From assembly GCA_965204335.1 (NCBI GenBank), contig OZ241982.1:2183462-2247461 (forward strand): a DNA stretch of 64,000 nucleotides. The letters run 5' to 3'. Both the position numbers and the translations under genes were made by a program. The stretch comes from Dehalococcoidia bacterium (GTDB lineage Bacteria; Chloroflexota; Dehalococcoidia; Bin125). The notes below the pieces were generated by a model that ran no database searches, was not told the DNA's origin, and saw nothing but the letters and a program-made list of their open reading frames with translations. How positions within the stretch are numbered: position 1 is the stretch's first letter; each line of letters begins with the position of its first letter. Of this stretch, positions 48,901-59,582 are shown piece by piece.

Positions 48901-50187
48901 CTAATCAATCACGCCGTGGCGCCGTCCGGCCTCGGCGAATACCTGCAGCGCGCGCTCAAGCTGTTCGTCCGTGTGCGTCGCGATATACGAGGTGCGCAGG
49001 ATCGCCTGTCCGCGGGGAACCGCCGGCGCGATCACCGCATTGGTGTAGACGCCGTTGTTCAGCAGATCTCGCCAGAACGCGGCCGTGCGCACCTCATCGC
49101 CGACCCGAATCGGAATGATCGGCGTGGCCGAGTTGGCGACGTCGAACCCCAACGCTGCAAGCTCGCGGCGCATCCGCGCGCCGATCTCCTGCACCCGCTT
49201 GACTCGCCAGTGCTCTTCGTCGATCAGTCGCAGCGCGGCGAGCGCGGCGGCGGCAGACGCCGGCGGCAACGCGGCAGTGAAGAGCATCGGTCGCGAGAAG
49301 TGGCGAATGTACTCGATCACCATCCGCGGTCCGGCGCAGAATCCACCGACCGAGGCGAGCGTCTTGCTGAACGTCCCGATGGTCAGGTCATCCGGTTCCT
49401 CGAGCCCGAAGTGCGAGCGTGTGCCGCGACCTCTGGGTCCGACCGTGCCGATCGCGTGGGCGTCGTCGACCAGCATCCGCGTGTTGTGCTTGCGGCAGAC
49501 TTCGCGCAGTTCGGGCAGCGGCGCCAGGTCGCCGCCCATCGAATAGGCGCCGTCGATCAGGACGAGCCGCGGTTGGGCGGGTTCGAGATTGGACAGCACC
49601 CGGTCAAGGTGCTTTGGATCGTTGTGTTGGAATCGCGTGTATTTGCCCAGCGCCAGTCCGGCGGCGTCGTAGATCGAAGCGTGGACGTCGCGGTCCAGGA
49701 CAGACACTCCGTGCCGGTCGACCAGGGCGGACACGGCGCCGAGATTCGCCAGGTACCCGGTCGAGAACACGATCGCGGTTTCGGCGTCGAGGAAGTCGGC
49801 CAGCGCCTCTTCGAGTTCCAGGTGGATCGGGCTGGTGCCGTTGAGCAGGCGCGAGCCGGTCATCGACGGCCCGTACCGCTCGAGCGCCTCGTGTGCCGCC
49901 TTGAGCACAGCGGGATGGCGTGTCAGGCCCAGGTAGTTGTTGGAGCCCAGCATGACGACGCGCTTGCCGTCGACGACGGCTTCGGGGCCCTCGTTCAACT
50001 CGATGGGCTGGAAGAACGGGTACAGCCCGGCCGCCCGAGCCTGGTCGGCGAGTTGGAAGTGGGAAACTCGCTCGAAAATGTCCGCCGACCCAACCTCGCG
50101 TTGGTGTCCGTCCATTTCCTCCATGCGCAGGCCGGCGGCCTCCGCTAACTCACTCAGCGACGGCGTATCCGACTGCGTCTGCGTCAT
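48901..50187 (-). CDS. PLP-dependent alpha-oxoamine synthase, serine-palmitoyltransferase-like (SPT/BioF/KBL family)
   Basis: GSNNYLGL, GSRLLNGT, IVFSTGYLANLG, DVHASIYDA, GTFSKTLASVGGF (PLP lysine); closer to SPT/ALAS-type than to KBL motifs; likely start ATG 50187. Confidence 0.8.
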   Translation of the reverse strand: MTQTQSDTPSLSELAEAAGLRMEEMDGHQREVGSADIFERVSHFQLADQARAAGLYPFFQPIELNEGPEAVVDGKRVVMLGSNNYLGLTRHPAVLKAAHEALERYGPSMTGSRLLNGTSPIHLELEEALADFLDAETAIVFSTGYLANLGAVSALVDRHGVSVLDRDVHASIYDAAGLALGKYTRFQHNDPKHLDRVLSNLEPAQPRLVLIDGAYSMGGDLAPLPELREVCRKHNTRMLVDDAHAIGTVGPRGRGTRSHFGLEEPDDLTIGTFSKTLASVGGFCAGPRMVIEYIRHFSRPMLFTAALPPASAAAALAALRLIDEEHWRVKRVQEIGARMRRELAALGFDVANSATPIIPIRVGDEVRTAAFWRDLLNNGVYTNAVIAPAVPRGQAILRTSYIATHTDEQLERALQVFAEAGRRHGVID

Positions 50188-50354
50188 CGAGTGACACTCC
50201 CCCTCGCGCCGACGCTCCACCCGGTAGCGAAGCGAGGCGTGCCGCACCTTTCCAGCGAGTGTACGCGACCTGCGCCGACGCTCTCGTATCCGAGTGAATC
50301 GAACTTGGGCTAGAGTGGGCGTGTCGGTGCTTCGGCGGCGAGGCGACGACCACC

Positions 50355-51194
50355 ATGCGACTCGATATCAAGCCCGCGGCGGTGTCCGCTGCCGCCGCCG
50401 TGTTACTCCTCCTGATCCTCGATCTCACCTGGCCCGGACACGGCATCTGGCTGCTGGTGCTCGGCATCGTGCTGGCATTGACCGCGGCCGGAATGTGGTA
50501 CCGGGATCGAATTGCGCCCGAGGGCGGGCCACATTCGCAGCTACCCCGTTCGCCGCTCGCCGATGTCGGCGCCTATGGACTGAGCGGCGCGCGGGTGCCC
50601 GTGCTCCAGCAGCAGCGCAGGGGCGTTCCGCTCGCAGGAGTCGTTGCGCCGGTCGCTGCCCTGGCGATCCTGCTGTTCATCGGCGGCGCCATCGGTTCGA
50701 GCGAGCCTCCGACCCCGCAGACGGTCGCCGCAGTTCAGCAGGATGTCGCAGCCATTGATCGCAGCGGCGACAGCGAACCGACGACGCCGCAGGTCCAGCC
50801 GCCGACGGCGCATCAGACCCAACAGGCGCAGACATCGACCACGGTGACCGCCGTGACCTCCACCAGGACAGCGGTCACGCCCGAGGATTCCGCCGATACC
50901 GCGGCGCAGTCGTCCAAGCCGATCAAACCGATCGTCGTGAACGCTCCGCAGCCGGCGTCGGCGGCGGATGAAACGGCGGAGGCGGAGGAGCTCGATCCCA
51001 GAGCGCTGACCGCGATCGAGTACACCGTCGAAGAGGGCGACACGCTCTACGACATTGCGGCGCGCTACGACTCGACCGTGGAAGCGATCATGGATCTGAA
51101 CAAGCTCGACGCCTACAGCTTCATTCACCCCGGCGACGTGCTGCTCATTCCCCAGGTCGAGGATGAGGGCGAAGGCACGGCTGAAGAGTCCTAG
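50355..51194 (+). CDS. membrane protein with a C-terminal LysM domain
   Basis: Two N-terminal TM helices; LysM ([29 protein letters not shown]...GDVLLIP). Confidence 0.7.
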   Translation: MRLDIKPAAVSAAAAVLLLLILDLTWPGHGIWLLVLGIVLALTAAGMWYRDRIAPEGGPHSQLPRSPLADVGAYGLSGARVPVLQQQRRGVPLAGVVAPVAALAILLFIGGAIGSSEPPTPQTVAAVQQDVAAIDRSGDSEPTTPQVQPPTAHQTQQAQTSTTVTAVTSTRTAVTPEDSADTAAQSSKPIKPIVVNAPQPASAADETAEAEELDPRALTAIEYTVEEGDTLYDIAARYDSTVEAIMDLNKLDAYSFIHPGDVLLIPQVEDEGEGTAEES

Positions 51195-51209
51195 CCGAAC
51201 CCCAGGCGA

Positions 51210-52100
51210 TCAGGCGTGTAGCTCGACCGTCGTAAGTTGCGCGGCGCGGGCCTGCTCGTCGGCGTGGTAAGAGCTGCGGACCATCGGGCCGGACTCGACA
51301 TGGCGGAATCCGAGCGCGAGCGCTTCCTCGCGGATGTCGTCGAACTCCTGCGGCGTCACATAGCGGGCGACCGGCAGGTGCTTGGGGGACGGGCGGAGGT
51401 ACTGACCCACCGTGAGCAAGTCGACGTGTGAGCGGCGCAGATCGTGCAGCAGTTCGGAGACTTCGTTCCGCTCTTCGCCGAGCCCGAGCATGAAACCGGT
51501 CTTGGTCGGGAGTCTCGGACTCCATTCCGAGGCGCGCCTCAGCAACTCCAGCGAGCGGTCGTAGCGAGCCTGGAACCGGACCCGGGGATAGAGCCGCTCG
51601 ACGGTCTCGACATTGTGGTTGAGCACCGTCGGCCGGGCCGACAGGACCGTCTCCAACGCCTGCCAGTTGCCGACGAAATCGGGGATCAGCACTTCGACCG
51701 CCGTCTCGGGCCGCCGCCGCCGGATCAGCTCGATGCAGGAGGCGAAGATCTGCGCCCCGCCATCGGCGGCATCGTCGCGGTTGACCGACGTGATTACGAC
51801 GTAGGAGAGATTGAGCCGTTCGACCGCCTCCGCCAGGCGCCGAGGCTCGGTCCAGTCGATGGGCGCCGGCTTTCCCGAGGTGACGGCGCAGAACCCGCAG
51901 GCGCGCGTGCAGGTGTCGCCGAGGATCATGAACGTTGCCGTGCCTCGATTGAAGCACTCGCCGATGTTCGGACAGCGCGCCTCCTGGCAGACGGTGTTCA
52001 GCGTCTCATCGCGCAGGAGTCGGACCACTTCGGTGTACCGCGGCCCGCCGGGGAACTGCGCCCGAATCCAGGACGGCTTGCGTTCTCGCGTCGTTGTCAT
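51210..52100 (-). CDS. lipA: lipoyl synthase
   Basis: Radical-SAM and auxiliary cluster motifs (CEEARCPNIGEC; CTRACGFCAV). Confidence 0.9.
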   Translation of the reverse strand: MTTTRERKPSWIRAQFPGGPRYTEVVRLLRDETLNTVCQEARCPNIGECFNRGTATFMILGDTCTRACGFCAVTSGKPAPIDWTEPRRLAEAVERLNLSYVVITSVNRDDAADGGAQIFASCIELIRRRRPETAVEVLIPDFVGNWQALETVLSARPTVLNHNVETVERLYPRVRFQARYDRSLELLRRASEWSPRLPTKTGFMLGLGEERNEVSELLHDLRRSHVDLLTVGQYLRPSPKHLPVARYVTPQEFDDIREEALALGFRHVESGPMVRSSYHADEQARAAQLTTVELHA

Positions 52101-52807
52101 GTCCGGCCAACCCGACCATCGGTCGGCGACAACTTCAGGTCGAACACGGCGGCGAAGGCTCGCTCCAACGCCGGCATGCACTCCGCGACTGTGAAGTCGC
52201 GTCCGGTCTCGGCCGACAGCGACGTTGCCACGCCGCCCTCGACGCCGCAGGCGCGAATGCCGTCGAACCAGGCCAGGTCGATGTCGCAGTTCAAGGCCAG
52301 TCCGTGCCGGGAAACGCCCGACTGGACGCGAACGCCGATACTCGCCAGTTTCCGATTGTCAATCCACACGCCCGGCCGTCCGCGAACGCGGTCCGCCTGG
52401 ACGCCGAAACCGGCAGCCGTGTCAATCGCAACCTGCTCGAGACCTCGCACGTACCGGGCGATGCCGATGCCGCGTTCGCGGAGCCTGAGGATCGGCCAGA
52501 CCACCAGTTGTCCGGGACCGTGAAACGTCACGTCGCCGCCGCGGTCGGTGTCGACGATCGGCGCCTCGAGCGGGGCGAGCACGTGTTCGCGGCCGCCCCG
52601 ACGTCCCTGGGTGTACACGGGTGCGTGCTCCAGCACGGCCACAATCTCCGGCCGGCTGCCCAGGGCCACCGATTCCGCGCGATCCGCCTGCCAGGCCAGG
52701 GCGGAGCCGTACTCGACCAGGCCCAGACGGGCGATCTGAACGATTCTCGAGCGTTCAATCCCGGGTGCTTCGCGGTCCAGAACGGCCCCATGCCGGCGTC
52801 GAGACAT
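52097..52807 (-). CDS. lipB: lipoyl(octanoyl) transferase
   Basis: LipB/BPL fold (RGGDVTFHGPGQLVVWPIL); 4-nt overlap with lipA; N-terminal start codon uncertain. Confidence 0.85.
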   Translation of the reverse strand: MSRRRHGAVLDREAPGIERSRIVQIARLGLVEYGSALAWQADRAESVALGSRPEIVAVLEHAPVYTQGRRGGREHVLAPLEAPIVDTDRGGDVTFHGPGQLVVWPILRLRERGIGIARYVRGLEQVAIDTAAGFGVQADRVRGRPGVWIDNRKLASIGVRVQSGVSRHGLALNCDIDLAWFDGIRACGVEGGVATSLSAETGRDFTVAECMPALERAFAAVFDLKLSPTDGRVGRT

Positions 52808-52901
52808 AGCGTTCCCCGGTCGGTTTCCGTTTGTTTAAGTCTATCGAGCAGCACCGTCCGCGGCGGGTCGGTCGCGTTCCGTTGACTAGACTGAAAACAC
52901 G

Positions 52902-55598
52902 ATGACCACCTCCGAGTCCCCCTGGCAATCGACGTTGGCACGCGCGTCAGACGCCGCCGGAGCGGACGACTGGCTGGAAACGAACGACTGGATCGACTCC
53001 TTGCGGGATGTCGCGAGGCGTCGTGGACCCGAGCGAGTGTCGCGCCTGCTGCAGACGCTGCAAATCGAGGCGCAGCGCTCCGGCATCCGGTTGCCCGTCA
53101 CCTCGCAGACGCCCTACGTCAACACGATCCCAATCGAGAAGCAGCCGCCCTATCCGGGCGATCTCAACATCGAGCGGCGGATCAAGTCGATCATTCGCTG
53201 GAACGCGATGGCGATGGTCGTCGAGGCGAATCAGATCAATCACGGGATCGGAGGGCATATCTCGACCTACGCCTCGGCCGCCACGCTCTACGAGGTCGGA
53301 TTCAACCACTTCTTCCGCGGCCAGGACCATGCCTCAGGCGGAGACCTGGTGTACTTCCAGGGCCATTCTGCGCCCGGCATCTATGCGCGCGGTTATGTCG
53401 AACGCCGGCTCTCTCCCGATCGGCTGCACAAGTTCCGCCAGGAGCTGTCCGGCGGGCTGCCGTCCTACCCGCACCCGTGGCTGATGGATGACTACTGGCA
53501 GTTCCCCACGGTCTCCATGGGGCTCGGACCGATCCAGGCGATCTACCAGGCTCGCTTCATTCGTTACCTCGAAAACCGCGATCTGCTTCCCGCGACCGAC
53601 CGGAAAGTCTGGTGTTTCCTCGGCGACGGCGAGACCGACGAGCCGGAATCGCTCGGTTCAATCGCGCTCGCCTCTCGCGAGGAACTGGACAACCTGATCT
53701 TCGTCGTCAACTGCAACCTGCAACGGCTTGACGGTCCGGTGCGCGGCAATGGACAGATCATCCAGGAGCTCGAAGCCGTGTTCCGTGGGGTCGGCTGGAA
53801 CGTGATCAAGGTCATCTGGGGCTCCGAGTGGGACCAACTGCTGGCACGCGACGAGCACGGCTTGCTCGTGCAACGCATGGGCGAGGTCGTCGACGGCGAG
53901 TACCAGAAGTACACGGTCGCCGGCGGCAGCTACATCCGCCAACACTTCTGGGGCGTCGACCCTCGGCTGCTGCGCATGGTCGACGACATCTCCGACGACG
54001 AGCTCTGGCGCATGAGACTGGGCGGGCACGACCCGCTCAAGGTCCATGCGGCCTACAACGCCGCCGTCAACCATCGCGGCGCGCCGACCGTGATCCTGGC
54101 CCGCACGATCAAGGGCTACGGGCTGGGCGAAGCCGGCGAAGGCCGTAACATCACCCACCAGCAGAAGGAACTCAACGAGCGAGAGCTGATGCAGTTCCGC
54201 GACCGATTTGCGATCCCCCTGTCGGACGCCGAGGTCGTGGGAGCGCCGCTCTATCGACCGGCGAGCGAGAGCCGCGAGGCCAACTACATCGCCGAGCGCA
54301 AGGCGACGCTCGGCGGCCACGTCCCGGAGCGCCGAGCGCCCAGGTCGAACCTGACTGCACCGCCCGACGAGACGTTTTCGGAGTTCCACGAGGGAACCGG
54401 CGAGCGTGAAGCGTCCACCACCATGGGATTCGTGCGGATGCTGAGTCGCCTGATGCGCGATCGCGAACTCGGCCAGCACATCGTCCCGATCGTGCCGGAT
54501 GAGTCGCGCACGTTCGGCATGGAAGGCATGTTTCGCGAGTTCGGCATCTACGCCTCGACCGGCCAGCTCTACGAGCCGGTCGATTCCGACCGCCTGCTCT
54601 TCTACAAGGAGTCCCGCGACGGCCAGATCCTCGAAGAAGGCATCACCGAGGCCGGAGCGATGTGTTCGTTCATGGCCGGCGGCACGGCGTATTCGTCGCT
54701 TAAGGTGCCGATGGTTCCGTTCTTCATCTTCTACTCGATGTTCGGATTGCAACGCTTCGGCGACCTCGCCTTTGCCGCCGGAGACGCACACACGCGCGGC
54801 TTCCTGATCGGCGCGACGGCCGGTCGCACCACGCTGCACGGCGAAGGCCTGCAGCACCAGGACGGGCACAGCCACGTGCTCGCTTCGACGATCCCGAACC
54901 TGGTCGCCTATGACCCGGCCTACGCCTACGAGATCGCCGTGATCGTGCAGGACGGCATTCGCCGCATGCACGATGAAGACGAGAGCATCTTCTACTACAT
55001 CACGGTCGAGAACGAGTCGTATGTGCAGCCGCCCATGCCCGAGTCCGAGATCGTTCGCGAGGGCATCCTCCGCGGCATCTACCCGCTGGTGCCCTGCGAA
55101 GCTCCGCAAATCCGGTTGTTCGGCAGCGGACCGATCCTCAACGAGGTTCGACGAGCGCAGCAAATCCTCCGCGACGATTTCGATGTCCGCGCAGACGTCT
55201 GGTCGGTGACCTCGTACACCGAGCTCAGACGCGAAGCGCTGCAGACCGATCGCTGGAATCGGCTGCACCCGTTCGAGGAGCGGCGCACCTCATGGCTGGA
55301 GTCCTCGCTCGACGGCTGCGACGCGCCAATCGTCGCCGCAACCGACTACACCTCCTCATTGCCCGACCTGGTGGCTCGCTGGCTGCCCGGTCCGTTGACG
55401 GCACTGGGCACCGACGGTTTCGGCCGGTCCGATACCAGGGAAGCGCTGCGCGACTTCTTCGAGGTTGACGCCAATCACGTCGTGTGGTCCGCTTTGAGCG
55501 CGCTCAGCCGCCGCGACGAGATCGACGGCGACCTGCTGCTCAAGGCGCGCGACACGCTCGGCATCGACCCAACCCGTCCCGACCCGATGCTGCGTTAG
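52902..55598 (+). CDS. aceE: pyruvate dehydrogenase E1 component (homodimeric type)
   Basis: 898 aa; AceE-type N-terminus and ThDP-binding region (GHISTYASAATLYEVGFNHFF...GDGETDEPES). Confidence 0.95.
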   Translation: MTTSESPWQSTLARASDAAGADDWLETNDWIDSLRDVARRRGPERVSRLLQTLQIEAQRSGIRLPVTSQTPYVNTIPIEKQPPYPGDLNIERRIKSIIRWNAMAMVVEANQINHGIGGHISTYASAATLYEVGFNHFFRGQDHASGGDLVYFQGHSAPGIYARGYVERRLSPDRLHKFRQELSGGLPSYPHPWLMDDYWQFPTVSMGLGPIQAIYQARFIRYLENRDLLPATDRKVWCFLGDGETDEPESLGSIALASREELDNLIFVVNCNLQRLDGPVRGNGQIIQELEAVFRGVGWNVIKVIWGSEWDQLLARDEHGLLVQRMGEVVDGEYQKYTVAGGSYIRQHFWGVDPRLLRMVDDISDDELWRMRLGGHDPLKVHAAYNAAVNHRGAPTVILARTIKGYGLGEAGEGRNITHQQKELNERELMQFRDRFAIPLSDAEVVGAPLYRPASESREANYIAERKATLGGHVPERRAPRSNLTAPPDETFSEFHEGTGEREASTTMGFVRMLSRLMRDRELGQHIVPIVPDESRTFGMEGMFREFGIYASTGQLYEPVDSDRLLFYKESRDGQILEEGITEAGAMCSFMAGGTAYSSLKVPMVPFFIFYSMFGLQRFGDLAFAAGDAHTRGFLIGATAGRTTLHGEGLQHQDGHSHVLASTIPNLVAYDPAYAYEIAVIVQDGIRRMHDEDESIFYYITVENESYVQPPMPESEIVREGILRGIYPLVPCEAPQIRLFGSGPILNEVRRAQQILRDDFDVRADVWSVTSYTELRREALQTDRWNRLHPFEERRTSWLESSLDGCDAPIVAATDYTSSLPDLVARWLPGPLTALGTDGFGRSDTREALRDFFEVDANHVVWSALSALSRRDEIDGDLLLKARDTLGIDPTRPDPMLR

Positions 55599-55607
55599 GG
55601 AATCAGC

Positions 55608-56993
55608 ATGACGACCACCGCATCCGGCGCCGGCGCTGTTCTGCTCCCCGACCTGGGCGAGGACATCGAAGAAGCCGATGTGCTCCAGATCTACGTGAGC
55701 GTCGGCGACGAGATCGTCCTGGAACAGCCGATCGTCGAGATCGAGACGGAAAAGGCCACGCTCGACCTGCCGTCGCCGACGGCCGGCGTCGTCACCGAGA
55801 TTCATGTGCGCGCAGGAGACACGATCCGGCCCGGCGATCCGGTCCTCAGCGTCGACTCCGGCACATCCCCTCCCCCGCCTGCCCGGTCCCCTTCGCCTCC
55901 CGTTGAGGCAGCGCCCGAGGAGCCGGTCGTCAATTCGTCTTCGCCGCCGGTCGAGACGGCAGCCCCGGTTGAGCCCGAGCCGGCGCCAACTCCTGAACCG
56001 AAAGTCGATCGCGATCATCCCGCGCCGATCCTGCGCGTCCCGCCGGCCGCTCCGGCGCCGCTGGTGGAAGGCGACCTCGAATCTCGCCCGGTGTTTGCGT
56101 CGCCCTCGGTGCGGCGACTCGCGCGGGAGATCGGCGTCGACATCCGCACGGTCCGGGGCAGTGGCCCGGGCGGCAGGATTGACCAGGGAGACATCAAGCG
56201 TCACGCACGGGAGACGCCGTCGCAAACGCCCGATTCAGGGCATTCCGAGCGCTCTCCGGGTCCGTTGCCCGACTTCTCCGAGTTCGGCGCGGTCGACCGG
56301 ATCCCCATGAGCCGTTTGCGCCGCACGATCAAACGCAACATGACCGTCTCCTGGCACGAAGTGCCGCACGTCACGCTCTTCCACACGGCCGACGTCACCG
56401 AGTTGGAGCAGGTCCGCCGCGACTACCGTGATCGCGCCGAGGAGGCCGGCGGCCGCCTGACGATCACGGCGATCCTGCTCAAGATCACGGCCGCCGCGCT
56501 CCTCGCGCACCCGCACGTCAATAGCTCGATCGACGCAGAGAACGACGAACTCGTGCTCAAGAAGTACGTCAACGTCGGCGTCGCGGTTGATACCCCCCGC
56601 GGACTGGTCGTCCCCGTAATCCGCGATGTCGACAAGAAGAACATCATTGAGATATCGGTCGAGTTGACCGATATCTCGGAGCGCGCTCGCTCCGGCGAAC
56701 TGGGGCTCCAGGACTTCCGTGGGAGCAGCTTCACCGTGACCAATCTCGGCGGCATGGGAACCGGTCACTTCACGCCGATCATTCATCACCCGAACACCGC
56801 CATTCTTGGGATCGGCCGAGCGGAGAAGCGGCCCGAATGGTCCGACGTGCTCGACGGCTGGGAGCCGCGCAGCATCCTGCCGATGTCGTTCACCTTCGAC
56901 CACCGCGTCATGGACGGCGCGGACGGAGCCCGGTTCATGACCTGGATCGCCGATGTGATCCGCCAGCCGCTCGTGCTGGCGCTCGGGGGTTAG
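55608..56993 (+). CDS. dihydrolipoamide acetyltransferase (2-oxo acid dehydrogenase E2)
   Basis: Lipoyl domain (IETEKATLDLPSP), Pro/Ala linkers, PSBD, and a catalytic domain with DHRVMDG. Confidence 0.9.
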   Translation: MTTTASGAGAVLLPDLGEDIEEADVLQIYVSVGDEIVLEQPIVEIETEKATLDLPSPTAGVVTEIHVRAGDTIRPGDPVLSVDSGTSPPPPARSPSPPVEAAPEEPVVNSSSPPVETAAPVEPEPAPTPEPKVDRDHPAPILRVPPAAPAPLVEGDLESRPVFASPSVRRLAREIGVDIRTVRGSGPGGRIDQGDIKRHARETPSQTPDSGHSERSPGPLPDFSEFGAVDRIPMSRLRRTIKRNMTVSWHEVPHVTLFHTADVTELEQVRRDYRDRAEEAGGRLTITAILLKITAAALLAHPHVNSSIDAENDELVLKKYVNVGVAVDTPRGLVVPVIRDVDKKNIIEISVELTDISERARSGELGLQDFRGSSFTVTNLGGMGTGHFTPIIHHPNTAILGIGRAEKRPEWSDVLDGWEPRSILPMSFTFDHRVMDGADGARFMTWIADVIRQPLVLALGG

Positions 56994-56996
56994 CCC

Positions 56997-58430
56997 GTGG
57001 TCTCCGCCGGCGCAGCCGCCAACGGCGACTTCCATCTCGTCGTGCTCGGCGCCGGACCGGGCGGCTATCCCGCCGCCTTCCACGCCGCCGAACGCGGACT
57101 CGATGTCACCTTGATCGATACCCGTCCACAGCCCGGAGGCATCTGCCTCTATGAGGGCTGCATTCCCTCAAAGGCGCTGCTGCACGTGGCCAAGCTGTTG
57201 CGTGAGGCTCGCCACGCCTCGGAGTGGGGCATCAACTTCGCCGAGCCGACCATCGACGTTGACGCCTTGCGCGAATGGAAGGACGGCGTCGTCCGCAAGA
57301 TGACCAACGGACTGGGCCTGCTCCGGCGTCAACACAACGTGCGCTATCAGCAGGGCTTCGGGCGCATCCGCGATGCCAACCAGCTCAATGTCGAGTCCAA
57401 CGGCGAGGTCATACCGGTCGACTTCGACGCTCTGATCGTCGCGACGGGATCAACGCCGGTCGTGCCCCGCTCACTGCAGATCGAGTCCGAACGCGTCATG
57501 GACTCAACCGACGCGTTGAATCTCACCGACGTGCCCGGCTCCCTGCTGGTGATCGGCGGCGGATACATCGGCCTCGAGCTGGGAACCGTGTACGCCGAGC
57601 TCGGGTCGGAAGTGACCGTGGTCGAGGCATTGCCGCAGATTCTCACCGGCGTTGAGCGCGACCTGGTGCGTGTGCTGGAGCGAAGCCTGCGCACTCGGCT
57701 CAAGGACACCCGGGTCGACACCTCGGTGGTCTCGCTCACGGAAGTCGAGGACGGCGTTGAAGCGGTCATCGCCGACAAGGAGGGCGTCGAGAGCACCGAG
57801 CGCTTCGACCGCGTCCTGATCGCGACCGGCCGCCGGCCCAACAGCGCCGGCCTCGGCCTGCATCGCACGCAGGCGCATGTCGATTCGCACGGATTCATCG
57901 TCACCGATCAACAACGTCGGACCGCAGAATCATCAATCTTTGCGATCGGCGATGTCGCCGGCGAACCGATGTTGGCGCACAAGGCGACGGCCGAGGCGTC
58001 GGTGGCGGTAGAGGCGATCATCGGCGAACCGTCGGCGTTCCGCCCGCTCGCCGTCCCGGCGGTAATCTTCACCGATCCGGAGATCGCCTGGTGCGGGCTC
58101 ACCCAGGCCGAGGCCACAGGATTGGATATCGAAGCGACGACCGTCAGCTTTCCCTGGGCCGCGTTGGGCCGAGCTTCAGCCTCGGGCCGCAACGACGGCC
58201 TGACCCGCCTGGTGATTGAGCGCGGATCCGAGCGTGTGCTGGGCATGCAGGTCGTCGGACCGGGCGCCGGCGAGCTGATCGGCGAGGGCGTGCTGGCCGT
58301 CGAGCTGGGCGCGCGCGCGGCGGACCTGGCCGAGTCGATCCACGCCCATCCCACCCTCAACGAGTCGATCATGGAGGCCGCCCAGGTCTTCTTCGGCCGC
58401 AGCCCTCACTACCTCACCCGGCGTCGTTGA
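56997..58430 (+). CDS. lpdA: dihydrolipoyl dehydrogenase (E3)
   Basis: GAGPGGY...GGICLYEGCIPSK redox-active disulfide; HAHPTLNE. Confidence 0.9.
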   Translation: MVSAGAAANGDFHLVVLGAGPGGYPAAFHAAERGLDVTLIDTRPQPGGICLYEGCIPSKALLHVAKLLREARHASEWGINFAEPTIDVDALREWKDGVVRKMTNGLGLLRRQHNVRYQQGFGRIRDANQLNVESNGEVIPVDFDALIVATGSTPVVPRSLQIESERVMDSTDALNLTDVPGSLLVIGGGYIGLELGTVYAELGSEVTVVEALPQILTGVERDLVRVLERSLRTRLKDTRVDTSVVSLTEVEDGVEAVIADKEGVESTERFDRVLIATGRRPNSAGLGLHRTQAHVDSHGFIVTDQQRRTAESSIFAIGDVAGEPMLAHKATAEASVAVEAIIGEPSAFRPLAVPAVIFTDPEIAWCGLTQAEATGLDIEATTVSFPWAALGRASASGRNDGLTRLVIERGSERVLGMQVVGPGAGELIGEGVLAVELGARAADLAESIHAHPTLNESIMEAAQVFFGRSPHYLTRRR

Positions 58431-58440
58431 GGCTGCCGCG

Positions 58441-59319
58441 ATGCTGATTGAGCTGGGCGGGCAGACGCTCGACGCCACCGACCGCTGCCATGTCATGGGC
58501 ATCCTCAACGTCGCCACCGACTCCCCGGTGGCCGATTCCATTGTCGCCGTCGGTGACGCGCCTCGGCGGGCAGCCGAGTTGCGGGACGCCGGCGCGTCGA
58601 TCATCGACGTTGGCGCTCAATCGACTCGTACCGGCGCGGCGGAGATCTCGCCGGACGAGGAAATTGCGCGTGTCGCGCCGGTGGTTGAATCACTGATCGC
58701 GGAGGGACATCTGATCTCCGTCGACACCTGGACCGCTTCGGTCGCCCGGGCCGCCGTCGCGGCCGGCGCACATCTGATCAACGACATCACCGGCGCCGAC
58801 CCGGACACGGTGCAGGTCGCCGTCGAGACCAACACGCCGATCGCCGTAATGCACATGCGCGGTCGCCCGCAGCGCCACCGCGAGGCGACCCACCAATACG
58901 ATGATGTCAGCCTCGAGGTGCGCGACTATCTCGGCAGCCGGGCACGCCAGATCAAGGCCGCCGGCGCGCCGGAGGTCTGGCTCGATCCCGGCTTCCAGTT
59001 CGGACGTGGACTCGAAGACAATCTGCGCCTGCTCCTGGATTTGCCCAACCTCGCCAGGCTCGGACATCCGGTCCTGATCTCGGCGTCGCGCAAGGGATTC
59101 CTGGCCGAGATGCTGGGTCACGGAGAGCTGCGCTCCCACGATGCCCAGGACAAACCGGGCATGCTGGAGGCGACGGTCGCCTTCAACGCGCTGGCGGCCT
59201 GGATGGGCGCGCACGTCGTCCGCGTCCACGACGTTCAGGAGGTTGCCTGGGCGCTCAACGTCTCGGCAGCCGCACGAGCAGTACGCCGAGCCCAGGGCGC
59301 GGTAGACTCGATCCGATGA
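58441..59319 (+). CDS. folP: dihydropteroate synthase
   Basis: VMGILNVATDSP ... DVGAQSTRTG ... pterin-binding barrel. Confidence 0.85.
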   Translation: MLIELGGQTLDATDRCHVMGILNVATDSPVADSIVAVGDAPRRAAELRDAGASIIDVGAQSTRTGAAEISPDEEIARVAPVVESLIAEGHLISVDTWTASVARAAVAAGAHLINDITGADPDTVQVAVETNTPIAVMHMRGRPQRHREATHQYDDVSLEVRDYLGSRARQIKAAGAPEVWLDPGFQFGRGLEDNLRLLLDLPNLARLGHPVLISASRKGFLAEMLGHGELRSHDAQDKPGMLEATVAFNALAAWMGAHVVRVHDVQEVAWALNVSAAARAVRRAQGAVDSIR

Positions 59320-59343
59320 TCCTGCGCACAAGGAGGTGACGCC

Positions 59344-59544
59344 ATGCCGGTCTATACCTATCACTGCGAAGAGTGCAGCGAGAGTTTCGAGAAAATCCGC
59401 CCGATGTCGCGCGCCTCGGAACCCCACCCCTGTCCGAGCTGCGAGGCGGAGGCGGAGCGAGTGGTCTCCGGCATCTTCGAGAACAACTCGACCAAGAACC
59501 GCTCCGCCAACTTCCCCAAGCGCAAGCGCTACACCAACTGGTAA
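59344..59544 (+). CDS. FmdB-family zinc-ribbon protein
   Basis: MPVYTYHCEECSESFE...CPSCEAEAERVVS. Confidence 0.75.
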   Translation: MPVYTYHCEECSESFEKIRPMSRASEPHPCPSCEAEAERVVSGIFENNSTKNRSANFPKRKRYTNW

Positions 59545-59582
59545 CCGTCAAGCAGCAGACGCGCCACTGTCCGGAGAGCCGC

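Noticed and set aside
48901-50187. Calling the PLP enzyme 2-amino-3-ketobutyrate CoA ligase (KBL) and pairing it with the adjacent SDR as threonine dehydrogenase
   Set aside because: KBL signature stretches (FICGT, SSCFDANGG, TLGKALGG) are replaced by SPT/ALAS-like ones (GSRLLNGT, FSTGYLANLG, GTFSKTLASVGG). It is kept as an alternative but not preferred.
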